Origin: an uncultured Rickettsiales bacterium
GTDB lineage: Bacteria > Pseudomonadota > Alphaproteobacteria > Micavibrionales > GCA-2720935
Direction of reading: 5' to 3'
Assembly (NCBI GenBank): GCA_950054255.1
Contig: CATLOR010000001.1
Span: 583,589 to 647,588 of the forward strand
Length of the DNA stretch: 64,000 nucleotides
Part shown: piece by piece, positions 8,896 to 17,374 of the stretch
Numbering within the stretch: the stretch's first letter is position 1
Layout: every line of letters begins with the position of its first letter
Notes under the pieces: model-generated
Told to the model about the DNA's origin: nothing
What the model saw: the letters and a program-made list of their open reading frames with translations, nothing else
The model's database searches: none
Program-made: the position numbers and the translations under genes

Positions 8896-9789
8896 ATGGC
8901 AAATGATGACGGTTTTCGCGTTTCGGATGAGAAATTTGAGCATCTCATTAAATCCTATTGTAAGGATATTACAAAGCGCGTGGAAGATGGAAAAACCTCT
9001 CCTGTTGTTGGCCGTGCTGATGAAGTTGAGCAAATGACAACTATTTTGCTCCAAAAAGGGCGCTCTAACGTCTGTTTACTTGGGGGTGCTGGGGTCGGTA
9101 AAACGGCTGTGTTTATGGCGCTCGCACGTCATATTGTCTTAGAAGAACCGCCAACCTTTTTCAAAGGGGCGCGTGTTATTGAGATTGAATTTTCGATGGT
9201 GAGTGCTGGTTGTGAGAGTAAAGGTGAATTTTTAGGACGTTTACTTCCTTTGATTGAGGGGGCGTCTGAGCGTTCTGAGTCAGGACTTTATCCACCTATT
9301 ATTTTCTGTATTGATGAGATCCATTCCTGCTTTATGTCGAGTATGGCGGCTGGTGCTTCAGGGAACTCAGCAGCGGGTGTTGGTGATATTATGAAACCTT
9401 ATCTGACAACAGGAAACTTACGTGTCGTTGGTGCGACAACGTTGGATGAATTTAATTTATATATTAAGCCTGACCCTGCGATGGAGCGTCGTTTCCAAAA
9501 AGTTGTTTTGAAAGAGCCAAATGCCGATGAAACATTCCAAGTTTTACAAGGGATTAAAATTGGTTTTGAAAAGCATTTTGATATTGAGGTTCCTGATGAA
9601 GCATTAAGACGCATTATTGACTTAGGTATTGAGTTTATGCGTAATCGTAATAATCCAGATAAATCGATTATGATTATGGATGGTGCTTGTGCGCGCTCTG
9701 TAAAAGAAAAATCTCCCCGTATTACTATGCAGTCCATTGCTGAAACAGTGGCAAATGAAGTTGGTTTAGATGCTAAAGCTTTGATGTAG
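8896..9789 (+). CDS. Stand-alone AAA+ ATPase resembling the D1 module of ClpA/ClpB
   Basis: It is 297 aa. The sequence GKTSPVVGRADEVEQ...LLGGAGVGKTA (Walker A), IIFCIDEIH (Walker B), LRVVGATTLDEF and ERRFQKV follows Clp D1 in order. There is no N-domain, M-domain or D2. Confidence 0.7.
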   Translation: MANDDGFRVSDEKFEHLIKSYCKDITKRVEDGKTSPVVGRADEVEQMTTILLQKGRSNVCLLGGAGVGKTAVFMALARHIVLEEPPTFFKGARVIEIEFSMVSAGCESKGEFLGRLLPLIEGASERSESGLYPPIIFCIDEIHSCFMSSMAAGASGNSAAGVGDIMKPYLTTGNLRVVGATTLDEFNLYIKPDPAMERRFQKVVLKEPNADETFQVLQGIKIGFEKHFDIEVPDEALRRIIDLGIEFMRNRNNPDKSIMIMDGACARSVKEKSPRITMQSIAETVANEVGLDAKALM

Positions 9790-9860
9790 GCGTTGACACA
9801 GACTTTGTTTTTATGGTAAAGCTGTCCCATCTTAATCAAGAATGAGTGAAGGTGAGTGAT

Positions 9861-10694
9861 ATGGCGGGAATAAAAGCACATCATAGTAGCATGAGAGCAC
9901 GTTTTGGCGGTGCGTTTAACGAAGGCGCTGTAATGACATTTCAAAACTTAGCACGATCATCTCAAATTGTTGCCTCTGATATTGACTATAATTTTTTACC
10001 AGAGAAAAAAGGCTTTGTTGGTAGCTTTAAAGAAGCTTTTAATGGTGAAAAGATCAAAGGCGAGCTTTATCCACGTATTTCTAAACAATTAGATAGAATT
10101 GTAACAGCACTTGATATGGGGTCAGTGGATCTGTCTTCAGGTGGGTTTAGATCACGTATGGTCGATGCGGCTGTTGAAAATGCGGGCGAAATGATCGCAT
10201 TTGAAATGCCGATCGTCGTTGATATGAGTTATGTTCCGTGCCATACAGATTTTGAGAAAAAACCTTTGTCGTTACGAGAATCTTATAAAAGATTACTTGG
10301 AGTTGAAATACCTGCGGCTGTTAAAACAACAATTTATTTCATCGCACCAAAAGACAAACTCCGCGCTATTATGCAGATGGCAGATGCTTTAGCACTCCAA
10401 AATACAAGGAATGAAGGGGCTTTTAAAAGTGCACAATCTTTAGGGTTTCATGAACAGCTGGCTTATCAAGCACTCTCAACGGAAGCAAAAGCGTCTTTAG
10501 AGCATGCGCCGCAAGCAGTGGCTTGGTTTGAATTAAAAGAGCATTTCATCATGACATTTGATGCTGATATTTATCAAAAATTTGCTTCTGCTTTTAAAGC
10601 AACAGGATTGGATGATAAAAAATTACGCCAAACATATGATGATCAAATGGAAGCGCGTCGCAAGACAGGTGTGCTTGGTTGGCCAAACAAATAA
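9861..10694 (+). CDS. Hypothetical protein
   Basis: It is a long ORF co-directional with the Clp-like gene, and I recognised no motifs. The ATG at 9861 is preceded by AAGGTGA. A GTG at 9846 is also possible. Confidence 0.5.
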   Translation: MAGIKAHHSSMRARFGGAFNEGAVMTFQNLARSSQIVASDIDYNFLPEKKGFVGSFKEAFNGEKIKGELYPRISKQLDRIVTALDMGSVDLSSGGFRSRMVDAAVENAGEMIAFEMPIVVDMSYVPCHTDFEKKPLSLRESYKRLLGVEIPAAVKTTIYFIAPKDKLRAIMQMADALALQNTRNEGAFKSAQSLGFHEQLAYQALSTEAKASLEHAPQAVAWFELKEHFIMTFDADIYQKFASAFKATGLDDKKLRQTYDDQMEARRKTGVLGWPNK

Positions 10695-10771
10695 GAATTT
10701 ATTTGTCAGCTTTTTATAGAAATGGTATGGTCACTTCCGTTTAATCCTTTTTGTGGAAGAGCGAACCTATC

Positions 10772-11299
10772 ATGATTTTAACAGGTTCTAAAATTAAGCA
10801 AGAATACCAAGAGGGCAATATTGTCCTTGATCCTTATGATGAGGCAATGATTAATCCCAATAGTGTTGATTATCGTTTAGGACCTTCTTTAAAAAAATTC
10901 GATTATTTTGATGGCAAAAAATCATATTTTAAGGATATTGAGTTTCCTGAAGAAGGTGTCGTGCTTGAGCCTCATGAAATGTATCTCGGTCATACTTTAG
11001 AAGTCATCGGCAGTAAAAAATATGCGATGTCTTTGATTGGGCGTTCTTCAATTGGGCGTTTAGGGCTTTTCTTACAAGTTTCAGCGGATTTGCTTCACAC
11101 AACATCAGAACATCAAGTGACATTAGAAATTGTAGCCACAAAACCTATTCGTATTTATCCCAATATGATTATTGGTCAAGTTTCATTTTGGAAGAATTGC
11201 GGCGATGTCGTGGTAAGCCCTAAAACATATGCGTTGTTAAATGGCGCTCAAGAAAGCCGTCAAGCGGATAAAATAGCCCAAGAGAGAGGTGAGAAATGA
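10772..11299 (+). CDS. dcd: dCTP deaminase-fold protein, paralog 1 (catalytic Glu retained)
   Basis: MILTGSKI...NPNSVDYRLG, GRSSIGRLGL and VTLEI align with the E. coli Dcd motifs VDVRLG, GRSSLARLGL and IVLEF. The Glu codon is at 11126-11128. The ATG at 10772 is preferred over the TTG at 10751. Confidence 0.8.
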   Translation: MILTGSKIKQEYQEGNIVLDPYDEAMINPNSVDYRLGPSLKKFDYFDGKKSYFKDIEFPEEGVVLEPHEMYLGHTLEVIGSKKYAMSLIGRSSIGRLGLFLQVSADLLHTTSEHQVTLEIVATKPIRIYPNMIIGQVSFWKNCGDVVVSPKTYALLNGAQESRQADKIAQERGEK

Positions 11300-11811
11300 T
11301 CTTAACAGGTGCAGAAATTACAAAACAAGTTGCCAATAAACGCATTATTATTGAGCCTTTTTTACCAGAAGCCTCAACAACAAATTCATATGATGTACAT
11401 TTAGGAGATACTTTGTTGCGTTATACGGATGCCGTCTTAGATCCTAAAAAGGAGCAACATACAGAAGAGGTCAAAATTCCTGAGGGAGGGTTACTTTTAA
11501 ATCAGCATGATTTTTATTTAGGCGCAACACAAGAAATTGTTGGAAGTGATTTTTATGCACCAATTCTCCATGCAAAATCAGGGACAGCACGCCAAGGGCT
11601 TTTTGTGCATGTAACTTCAGACTTAGTCAATATTGGTTCAATTGGACAATTAACGCTTCAACTATATGCGACCTTACCCGTGAGAGTATATGCAGGGATG
11701 CGTATTGCTCAGGTGACGTTTTGGGTGCCTGAAGGGGATATCACCCTTTATGAGGGGAAATACCAAAACGCCAAAGGCCCAGGGGTTTCTCAAAATCATA
11801 AGGAATTTTAA
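11296..11811 (+). CDS. dCTP deaminase-fold protein, paralog 2 (catalytic Glu replaced by Gln)
   Basis: It begins MILTGAEI like paralog 1. It carries AKSGTARQGL and LTLQL, with the Gln codon CAA at 11659-11661 where Dcd has the catalytic Glu. Its start overlaps the stop of paralog 1 (ATGA at 11296-11299). Confidence 0.75.
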   Translation: MILTGAEITKQVANKRIIIEPFLPEASTTNSYDVHLGDTLLRYTDAVLDPKKEQHTEEVKIPEGGLLLNQHDFYLGATQEIVGSDFYAPILHAKSGTARQGLFVHVTSDLVNIGSIGQLTLQLYATLPVRVYAGMRIAQVTFWVPEGDITLYEGKYQNAKGPGVSQNHKEF

Positions 11812-12215
11812 AAACTGTACACTTTACGTCCAGACGATTCTTTGTAGGCAAAAGCCCTCTCTAAGATAATATCCTGGGCTGCATATCTGGGGGGATTGTC
11901 ATAGAGAGTGTATTCCATTTTTAAACGCTGTTTGTATGTTAGGTGATGATTATAATCCCGCATCATATGGTTTTGGGAGGCTGCATTTATAAATTCTATT
12001 CCGGACATAAACCCAACGATACCTAAGGTTTTACCCATCACTTTGAGAGCTTTAGGCACCGAGGCGTCTTTGTTGGTGCGCAGGGCCGCATAACGATTAA
12101 AAGCCTCTTTGCCATCAACTTCCAAAGCCTCAAAATAAGGCATCAAGACTTCTTGGTATTCCTTTTGGAAGCGATAAAATTCATCCCGTAATTTTTGATC
12201 TTGTTTTTGGGTCAT
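11808..12215 (-). CDS. Hypothetical protein, member of a tandem paralog pair
   Basis: It is 135 aa. It shares the pattern EF..F...Y.EVL.PYF.AL..D...AF..Y and L(T/S)YKQ(R/K) with the neighbouring ORF. Confidence 0.55.
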   Translation of the reverse strand: MTQKQDQKLRDEFYRFQKEYQEVLMPYFEALEVDGKEAFNRYAALRTNKDASVPKALKVMGKTLGIVGFMSGIEFINAASQNHMMRDYNHHLTYKQRLKMEYTLYDNPPRYAAQDIILERAFAYKESSGRKVYSF

Positions 12216-12226
12216 ATTTTAAAGTC

Positions 12227-12613
12227 CTAGCTGATAAATGGTTTTAATTGGCTTGGGGTTTTACTGAATTGGTTTGCTTTTTCTAAAATATCAACCTGCG
12301 TGTGGTACTCTACGACTTTTCCTAAAAGTACAAGAGAGAGCATATGTATCTTTTGCTTATATGATAAGTCTGTATGCGATTTTTGTATATTGAGAGCTTC
12401 TCGTGCGAAGTTAAGAACAGATAGACCTGTATAGCCCGCCAACTCAGTGTCTTCACGTTGCTGTTGATAATGTTCAACATACTGTGCGAAGGCGCGCGCT
12501 CTATCAATTTTAAGAGCGTCGAAGTAAGGGGACAGAACCTCATCATATGTTGTGGCAAAAACGTTAAATTCTTTGCGCAGTTTTCTAAGTGTTTTTTCTT
12601 TTGTATATGACAT
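12227..12613 (-). CDS. Hypothetical protein, member of a tandem paralog pair
   Basis: It is 128 aa and a paralog of 11808-12215, sharing the same motifs. The overlapping ORF 12322-12627 in another frame is rejected. Confidence 0.55.
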   Translation of the reverse strand: MSYTKEKTLRKLRKEFNVFATTYDEVLSPYFDALKIDRARAFAQYVEHYQQQREDTELAGYTGLSVLNFAREALNIQKSHTDLSYKQKIHMLSLVLLGKVVEYHTQVDILEKANQFSKTPSQLKPFIS

Positions 12614-12717
12614 TTTACATACCTCAAATTTTAATGTGTTGAGAGTAGTTTAATATGTAAATTAAGTCAAGGTTTTTATTTAAAAGGATGGTTGGCGCTT
12701 TTAAAGACTTTATTTAA

Positions 12718-13233
12718 TCAGTCATCATCTTTTTTCTTGCGGAAGGTGTCTAGGGAGACGACTTGGCCTTTTTCATCATCGTCTTTTTTGTTTGAAGACG
12801 GTGTTTTTTCATCTTCATTATCATCTAGCGCGTTTAAGAGCTCTTCTTCAAAGCCGAAATCATCGTCACTACCAAGTGGTTGGAATTGAAGTGCAAAGTT
12901 CACAGAAGGATCTGCAAAAATGCTAACAGCCTCAAGAGGTACAACAATATGTTCTGGCACATTGTTAAAACTTAATGATACAGAGAGTTTTTCATCATCA
13001 ATTTCCAAATCAAAGAATTGATATTGAAGAACGATTGTCATTTCTTCAGGATAGCTCTCTTTTAAATAATCAGGAATCTTTACACCCGGATATTGTGTGT
13101 AAAAGGTAATGTAGAAACGATGGTCGCCAAGCATCCCATCATCTTTAACTTCCTCAATGGCTTGTTTAACAACACCACGAAGTGCGAGTTCAACCATTCT
13201 GTCATATCTTAGGAAATTGTCTTCGTCGTACAT
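12718..13233 (-). CDS. sspB: SspB-like ClpXP adaptor (alphaproteobacterial type)
   Basis: The N-terminal fold motif is LRGVVKQAIEEV...GDHRFYITF.T..PGV.IP. An acidic linker follows, then a short basic C-terminal ClpX-binding-like tail (VVSLDTFRKKKDDD). Confidence 0.7.
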   Translation of the reverse strand: MYDEDNFLRYDRMVELALRGVVKQAIEEVKDDGMLGDHRFYITFYTQYPGVKIPDYLKESYPEEMTIVLQYQFFDLEIDDEKLSVSLSFNNVPEHIVVPLEAVSIFADPSVNFALQFQPLGSDDDFGFEEELLNALDDNEDEKTPSSNKKDDDEKGQVVSLDTFRKKKDDD

Positions 13234-13324
13234 GCTATTCCTTTTTAATAGTCTGATTCTTACTTCGTCTATTCATTGCAGATATAGAAAGGTAAGTCAA
13301 ACCGAAACACGTTTAAAAAAGTAA

Positions 13325-13645
13325 AAAATGGGACTGTCCTGTTGCTAGGCCGCCCCACGCCCCACCGGATCTAAACCATTAAATTCGGGATTTGCTTAGA
13401 AGTTTCTAACGCAATTAAGCTGCTAGACGTACTTCTGGTGCAAAGTTATCGTTTGCATTTATATTTAAAAGACTTTTTACGAGATCCACCTCGAGCAAAA
13501 ACTCAACCTTTATTACGCATGTCGATCCTATTTCATCCCCATAAACCTTAGCAGTGAGCCTTTAAAATGGTGGAGATGCCGGGTACCGCCCCCGGGTCCA
13601 TAACGCTTATTCCGAAAAGCGTTTATTGCCATAGTCATTGCTGAC
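13325..13645 (-). ncRNA. ssrA: tmRNA (ssrA), circularly permuted two-piece type. Ends are approximate.
   Basis: The following is read on the minus strand. The acceptor piece ends GGACCCGGGGGCGGTACCCGGCATCTCCACCA, a T-arm plus the 3-prime acceptor strand and CCA (CCA end at 13568). About 27 nt downstream the coding piece starts GGGGATGAAATAGGATCGAC at 13540, which pairs with CATCTCC. The tag ORF GCA AAC GAT AAC TTT GCA CCA GAA GTA CGT CTA GCA GCT TAA encodes ANDNFAPEVRLAA (13415-13456). Confidence 0.88.
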
Positions 13646-13760
13646 ATATCTATTATATAATAAGTAGAGATAAAAAATCAATGTATGCTTTGCTTAAAGG
13701 TGCATATTGTTATAATTAAGCTATACACACATTGATTCGGATTTTGAAAGGACTTTTGCT

Positions 13761-14567
13761 ATGCAAACTCAAGAAAACCAATATTTAGACCTTATTCGTA
13801 AAGTCCTTGATGAGGGGACTTTTAAAGGGGATCGTACAGGAACAGGGACATATTCTATTTTTGGACATCAAATGCGTTTTGATTTGTCGCAAGGCTTTCC
13901 GATGTTAACAACAAAGAAACTGCACCTAAAATCAATTATTCATGAACTAATTTGGTTTTTATCTGGGGATACAAATATTAAATATTTAACTGATAATGGT
14001 GTCCGTATTTGGAATGAATGGGCTGATGAAAATGGCGATTTAGGCCCTGTTTACGGGAAACAATGGCGTAGTTGGTCTGTGGGTGATGGCACAACAATTG
14101 ACCAAATCACAAATTTAGTTGAGCAAATTAAAACGAATCCAAATTCACGCCGTTTACTTGTCAATGCTTGGAATGTTGCTGATGTTGATACGATGGCTCT
14201 GCCTCCATGTCATTGTTTGTTCCAGTTTTATGTGGCTGATGGCAAATTATCGTGTCAGTTATATCAACGCTCGGCCGATATTTTCTTGGGCGTGCCGTTT
14301 AATATTGCTTCATATGCGCTCTTAACGATGATGATTGCACAGGTATGTGATTTAGAGGTGGGTGAGTTTGTGCATACATTTGGTGACGCACATATTTATT
14401 CAAATCATATGGATCAGGTGAAAGAACAAATTACAAGAGAGCCATATGCGTTCCCGACCATGAAAATTAACCCAGAAGTGACAGACTTATTTGCTTTCAC
14501 TTATGACGATTTTGAACTTGTAGGATATGAAGCACATCCCCATATCGCAGGAAAGGTTGCGGTTTAA
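13761..14567 (+). CDS. thyA: Thymidylate synthase ThyA
   Basis: It is 268 aa with DRTGTGT.SIFG.QMRFDL, the catalytic LPPCH, and [16 protein letters not shown]. Confidence 0.97.
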   Translation: MQTQENQYLDLIRKVLDEGTFKGDRTGTGTYSIFGHQMRFDLSQGFPMLTTKKLHLKSIIHELIWFLSGDTNIKYLTDNGVRIWNEWADENGDLGPVYGKQWRSWSVGDGTTIDQITNLVEQIKTNPNSRRLLVNAWNVADVDTMALPPCHCLFQFYVADGKLSCQLYQRSADIFLGVPFNIASYALLTMMIAQVCDLEVGEFVHTFGDAHIYSNHMDQVKEQITREPYAFPTMKINPEVTDLFAFTYDDFELVGYEAHPHIAGKVAV

Positions 14568-15073
14568 TGATTATTTCGATGATTGCAGCACGTGATAAAA
14601 ATGGGGTCATTGGCATCAAAAATGACTTGCCATGGCATATCCCTGAAGAATTTAAATATTTTAAAACCACGACAATGGGGAAGACCATTATCATGGGGCG
14701 CAAGACGTATGAGTCATTATCTGGTCATCCTTTGCCAAAACGATTTAATATCGTTGTGACCAGAACACCAGAGAAATTTGAAAATACAGATAAAGTGTTA
14801 TTTGTTAAAAGTTTAGAGCACGCCTTAGAAGCCGCGCATGATCGTTGCCTAGATGAAGAAGATGAGGTTTTTATCATTGGTGGACAGCAAATCTATACCC
14901 AAGGGCTCGAATTTGCTCAAAAGATTTATATCACCGAAGTTGATTTAGAAGTTGAAAATGGAGAAGCGTTTTTTCCTACATTTAATGAAAATGCATGGGA
15001 TGAAATCAAAAACGAACCTGCGAATAATGACACATATCGTTGGACCTATCGTGTTTTGCAAAGAAAACCGTAA
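14567..15073 (+). CDS. folA: Dihydrofolate reductase
   Basis: It carries ISMIAA...GVIG..NDLPW..PEEFKYFK..T.GK.IIMGRKTYESL. Its start overlaps the thyA stop (TAATG). Confidence 0.93.
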   Translation: MIISMIAARDKNGVIGIKNDLPWHIPEEFKYFKTTTMGKTIIMGRKTYESLSGHPLPKRFNIVVTRTPEKFENTDKVLFVKSLEHALEAAHDRCLDEEDEVFIIGGQQIYTQGLEFAQKIYITEVDLEVENGEAFFPTFNENAWDEIKNEPANNDTYRWTYRVLQRKP

Positions 15074-15074
15074 G

Positions 15075-16103
15075 TTATCTTTTTAATTGATTCACAATGT
15101 CTGAATATGTTTGTTCTATCGCTTGATTACTGAGACAAACGGGCTTTCCTTGGTCTGTTGCAAGACGAATGTCTTTGTTTAAAGGAATAGCGCCTAAAAA
15201 AGGAATGCCGTATTTCTCTGCATCTTGTTTTGCTCCTCCATGCCCAAAGATATCTTCTTCGTGACCACAGTTAGAACATATGTGATAGCTCATATTCTCA
15301 ATCAAACCTAGGACAGGGACATTCATTTTTTGGAACATCGCAAGTCCTTTGCGTGTGTCAATCAAGGCGATATCTTGCGGTGTTGATACAAGGATAGCAC
15401 CGTCTAACACCTCTTTTTGGGCAAGTGTCAATTGAATATCGCCTGTGCCAGGAGGCATATCAATGAATAAGACATCAAGCTCTCCCCAATCGACATCACG
15501 TAACAGTTGTACAAGCGCGCTTTGAGCCATAGGACCACGCCAAATCATGGCTTTGTTAGGGTCAATCATAAAGCCGATGGACATCACGGTTACATTGTGT
15601 GCTTTATGAGGGATGATTTTCTTTTGATCATTTAAAGTAATCTCACCTGAAATACCCATTGTAGTAGGAACTGAAGGGCCATAAATATCGGCATCAAGTA
15701 AGCCCACTTTTAACCCTGAGCGTGCGGCTTGGACGGCTAAATTACTAGCAACCGTTGATTTTCCAACCCCTCCTTTGGCACTCGATATCGCGATAATAGA
15801 TTTGATATTAGGGAAGTGAAGGGGATCTCCTTTAGGTTTTGTTTGTAGTTTTGGGGCTTCTTTTTTAGCTGTGACCATAATCCTGATTTGGTAAGAAGGA
15901 TATGTGTTCTCTAATAATTGTTCGACTTTCTGGCGTGTTTCTTCACTTTCGCTTAAGAGAAGGTGCGGAAATTCTAATGAGCAAAGAATGGTTTCATTTT
16001 CAATAGAGAGGCCGGATAAAAGCTCTGCGTCAATCAGGGTGCTTTTACCGACAGGAACTGTTTTTAATAAATCTATAATTTCATTTTGAAGAGAGCTTGT
16101 CAT
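15075..16103 (-). CDS. mrp: Fe-S cluster carrier ATPase Mrp/ApbC
   Basis: It has the deviant Walker A SAKGGVGKST, a CxxC motif (HICSNCGH), and an N-terminal DUF59-like segment. Confidence 0.93.
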   Translation of the reverse strand: MTSSLQNEIIDLLKTVPVGKSTLIDAELLSGLSIENETILCSLEFPHLLLSESEETRQKVEQLLENTYPSYQIRIMVTAKKEAPKLQTKPKGDPLHFPNIKSIIAISSAKGGVGKSTVASNLAVQAARSGLKVGLLDADIYGPSVPTTMGISGEITLNDQKKIIPHKAHNVTVMSIGFMIDPNKAMIWRGPMAQSALVQLLRDVDWGELDVLFIDMPPGTGDIQLTLAQKEVLDGAILVSTPQDIALIDTRKGLAMFQKMNVPVLGLIENMSYHICSNCGHEEDIFGHGGAKQDAEKYGIPFLGAIPLNKDIRLATDQGKPVCLSNQAIEQTYSDIVNQLKR

Positions 16104-16219
16104 GGGAGCTTTTTGGTATACCTTTTAAAAAATCATTTCGGTTTCGGTTTTTTTTGTATCAAAACCATGTTACAAAATAAAAGGATTTTTTTAATCGGTT
16201 TCAAAAAAGGAAGAAATAA

Positions 16220-17359
16220 ATGTCTTGGAATAATCAATCTGGTGGAAATGGCTCTGGCCCATGGGGGAAACGTCCTGGCGATAACAACCAAGGTCCTTGG
16301 GGACAAGGGGGCGGTAATCGCAATCAAGGAAACTCAGAGTTTGATGAGATGTTAAAAGCTTTCGATAAATTTTTTGGTCGTTTCGGCGGTAGCTCTAATG
16401 GAGGGGGCGGTCGTGTTTTTATGTCACTTGTTGTGATTGGTATTCTACTCGTTTGGTTGTCAAGTGGGTTTTATCGAGTTCAACCAGATGAGCATGGTGT
16501 TATTCTTCGTTTTGGCGAATGGAGTAGAACACAAACAGAGCCTGGTCTGGGCTATCATTTACCATGGCCTGTTGAAACAGTTTATACACCCAATGTTACA
16601 TTTCAACGCCGTATTGAGGTTGGTTTTAGAGGGAATATATCAACCGCGCGCCGGAACCAAGTGACTTATTCTTCTGTGAAAGACATTCCTCAAGAAAGTC
16701 TGATGCTGACAGGAGATGAAAATATTATTGATATTGATTTTGTTGTCGTTTGGTCTGTTAAAGATGCGAAAGACTTTTTGTTCAATGTACGTGACCCTGA
16801 AGGCACAATTAAAAAAGTTGCTGAGAGCACGATGCGCGAGGTTATTGGGCAGACAGATATTCAACCAGCTTTAACACAAGCGCGTACAAATATTGAAGAT
16901 CGCACAAAAGATCTGATGCAAAAGAGCCTAAATAGCTATATGGCCGGTGTTGCTATTGAAAAGATCCAACTTCAAAAAGTGGATCCACCTGAGGCTGTTG
17001 TTGATGCTTTTAACGAAGTTCAAAGAGCGCGTGCTGACCGCGAACGCCTTAGAAACGAAGCCGAAGCATACAGAAATGATATTCTACCAAAAGCACGTGG
17101 TCGTGCCGAAGAGCTTTTTCAACAAGCTGAGGCTTACCGTGAAAAAGTCGTGAGTGAGGCAGAAGGGGACGCCGAGCGTTTTCTCTCTATTTATAAAGCC
17201 TATTCAAAAGCAAAAGATGTAACGGCTAAACGTCTTTATTTAGAAACAATGGAAGAGATCTTCGAACAGTCAAATAAGTACATTGTGGATGATAAAATTG
17301 GCGGGAGCGGTCTTGTGCCTTATTTGCCAGTTAATAACAACGTAAAGACAAAGAAATAA
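16220..17359 (+). CDS. hflK: FtsH modulator HflK
   Basis: It has a Gly/Asn/Gln-rich N-terminus (GGNGSGPWG), a single TM segment, an SPFH domain and a C-terminal coiled coil. It is followed by hflC. Confidence 0.9.
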   Translation: MSWNNQSGGNGSGPWGKRPGDNNQGPWGQGGGNRNQGNSEFDEMLKAFDKFFGRFGGSSNGGGGRVFMSLVVIGILLVWLSSGFYRVQPDEHGVILRFGEWSRTQTEPGLGYHLPWPVETVYTPNVTFQRRIEVGFRGNISTARRNQVTYSSVKDIPQESLMLTGDENIIDIDFVVVWSVKDAKDFLFNVRDPEGTIKKVAESTMREVIGQTDIQPALTQARTNIEDRTKDLMQKSLNSYMAGVAIEKIQLQKVDPPEAVVDAFNEVQRARADRERLRNEAEAYRNDILPKARGRAEELFQQAEAYREKVVSEAEGDAERFLSIYKAYSKAKDVTAKRLYLETMEEIFEQSNKYIVDDKIGGSGLVPYLPVNNNVKTKK

Positions 17360-17374
17360 GAGGGGATTAAAATC

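Noticed and set aside
10772-11811. Dcd pair as a nucleotide-depletion anti-phage defence system
   Set aside because: As I recall them, the described defensive dCTP deaminases are zinc-dependent cytidine-deaminase-fold enzymes fused to a kinase-like domain. They are not the trimeric Dcd/dUTPase fold seen here. The neighbours are housekeeping genes, and no other defence genes are adjacent.
12322-12627. 101-aa minus-strand ORF overlapping 12227-12613
   Set aside because: It is an alternative frame of the same region. The 128-aa frame is supported by clear paralogy to the neighbouring gene.
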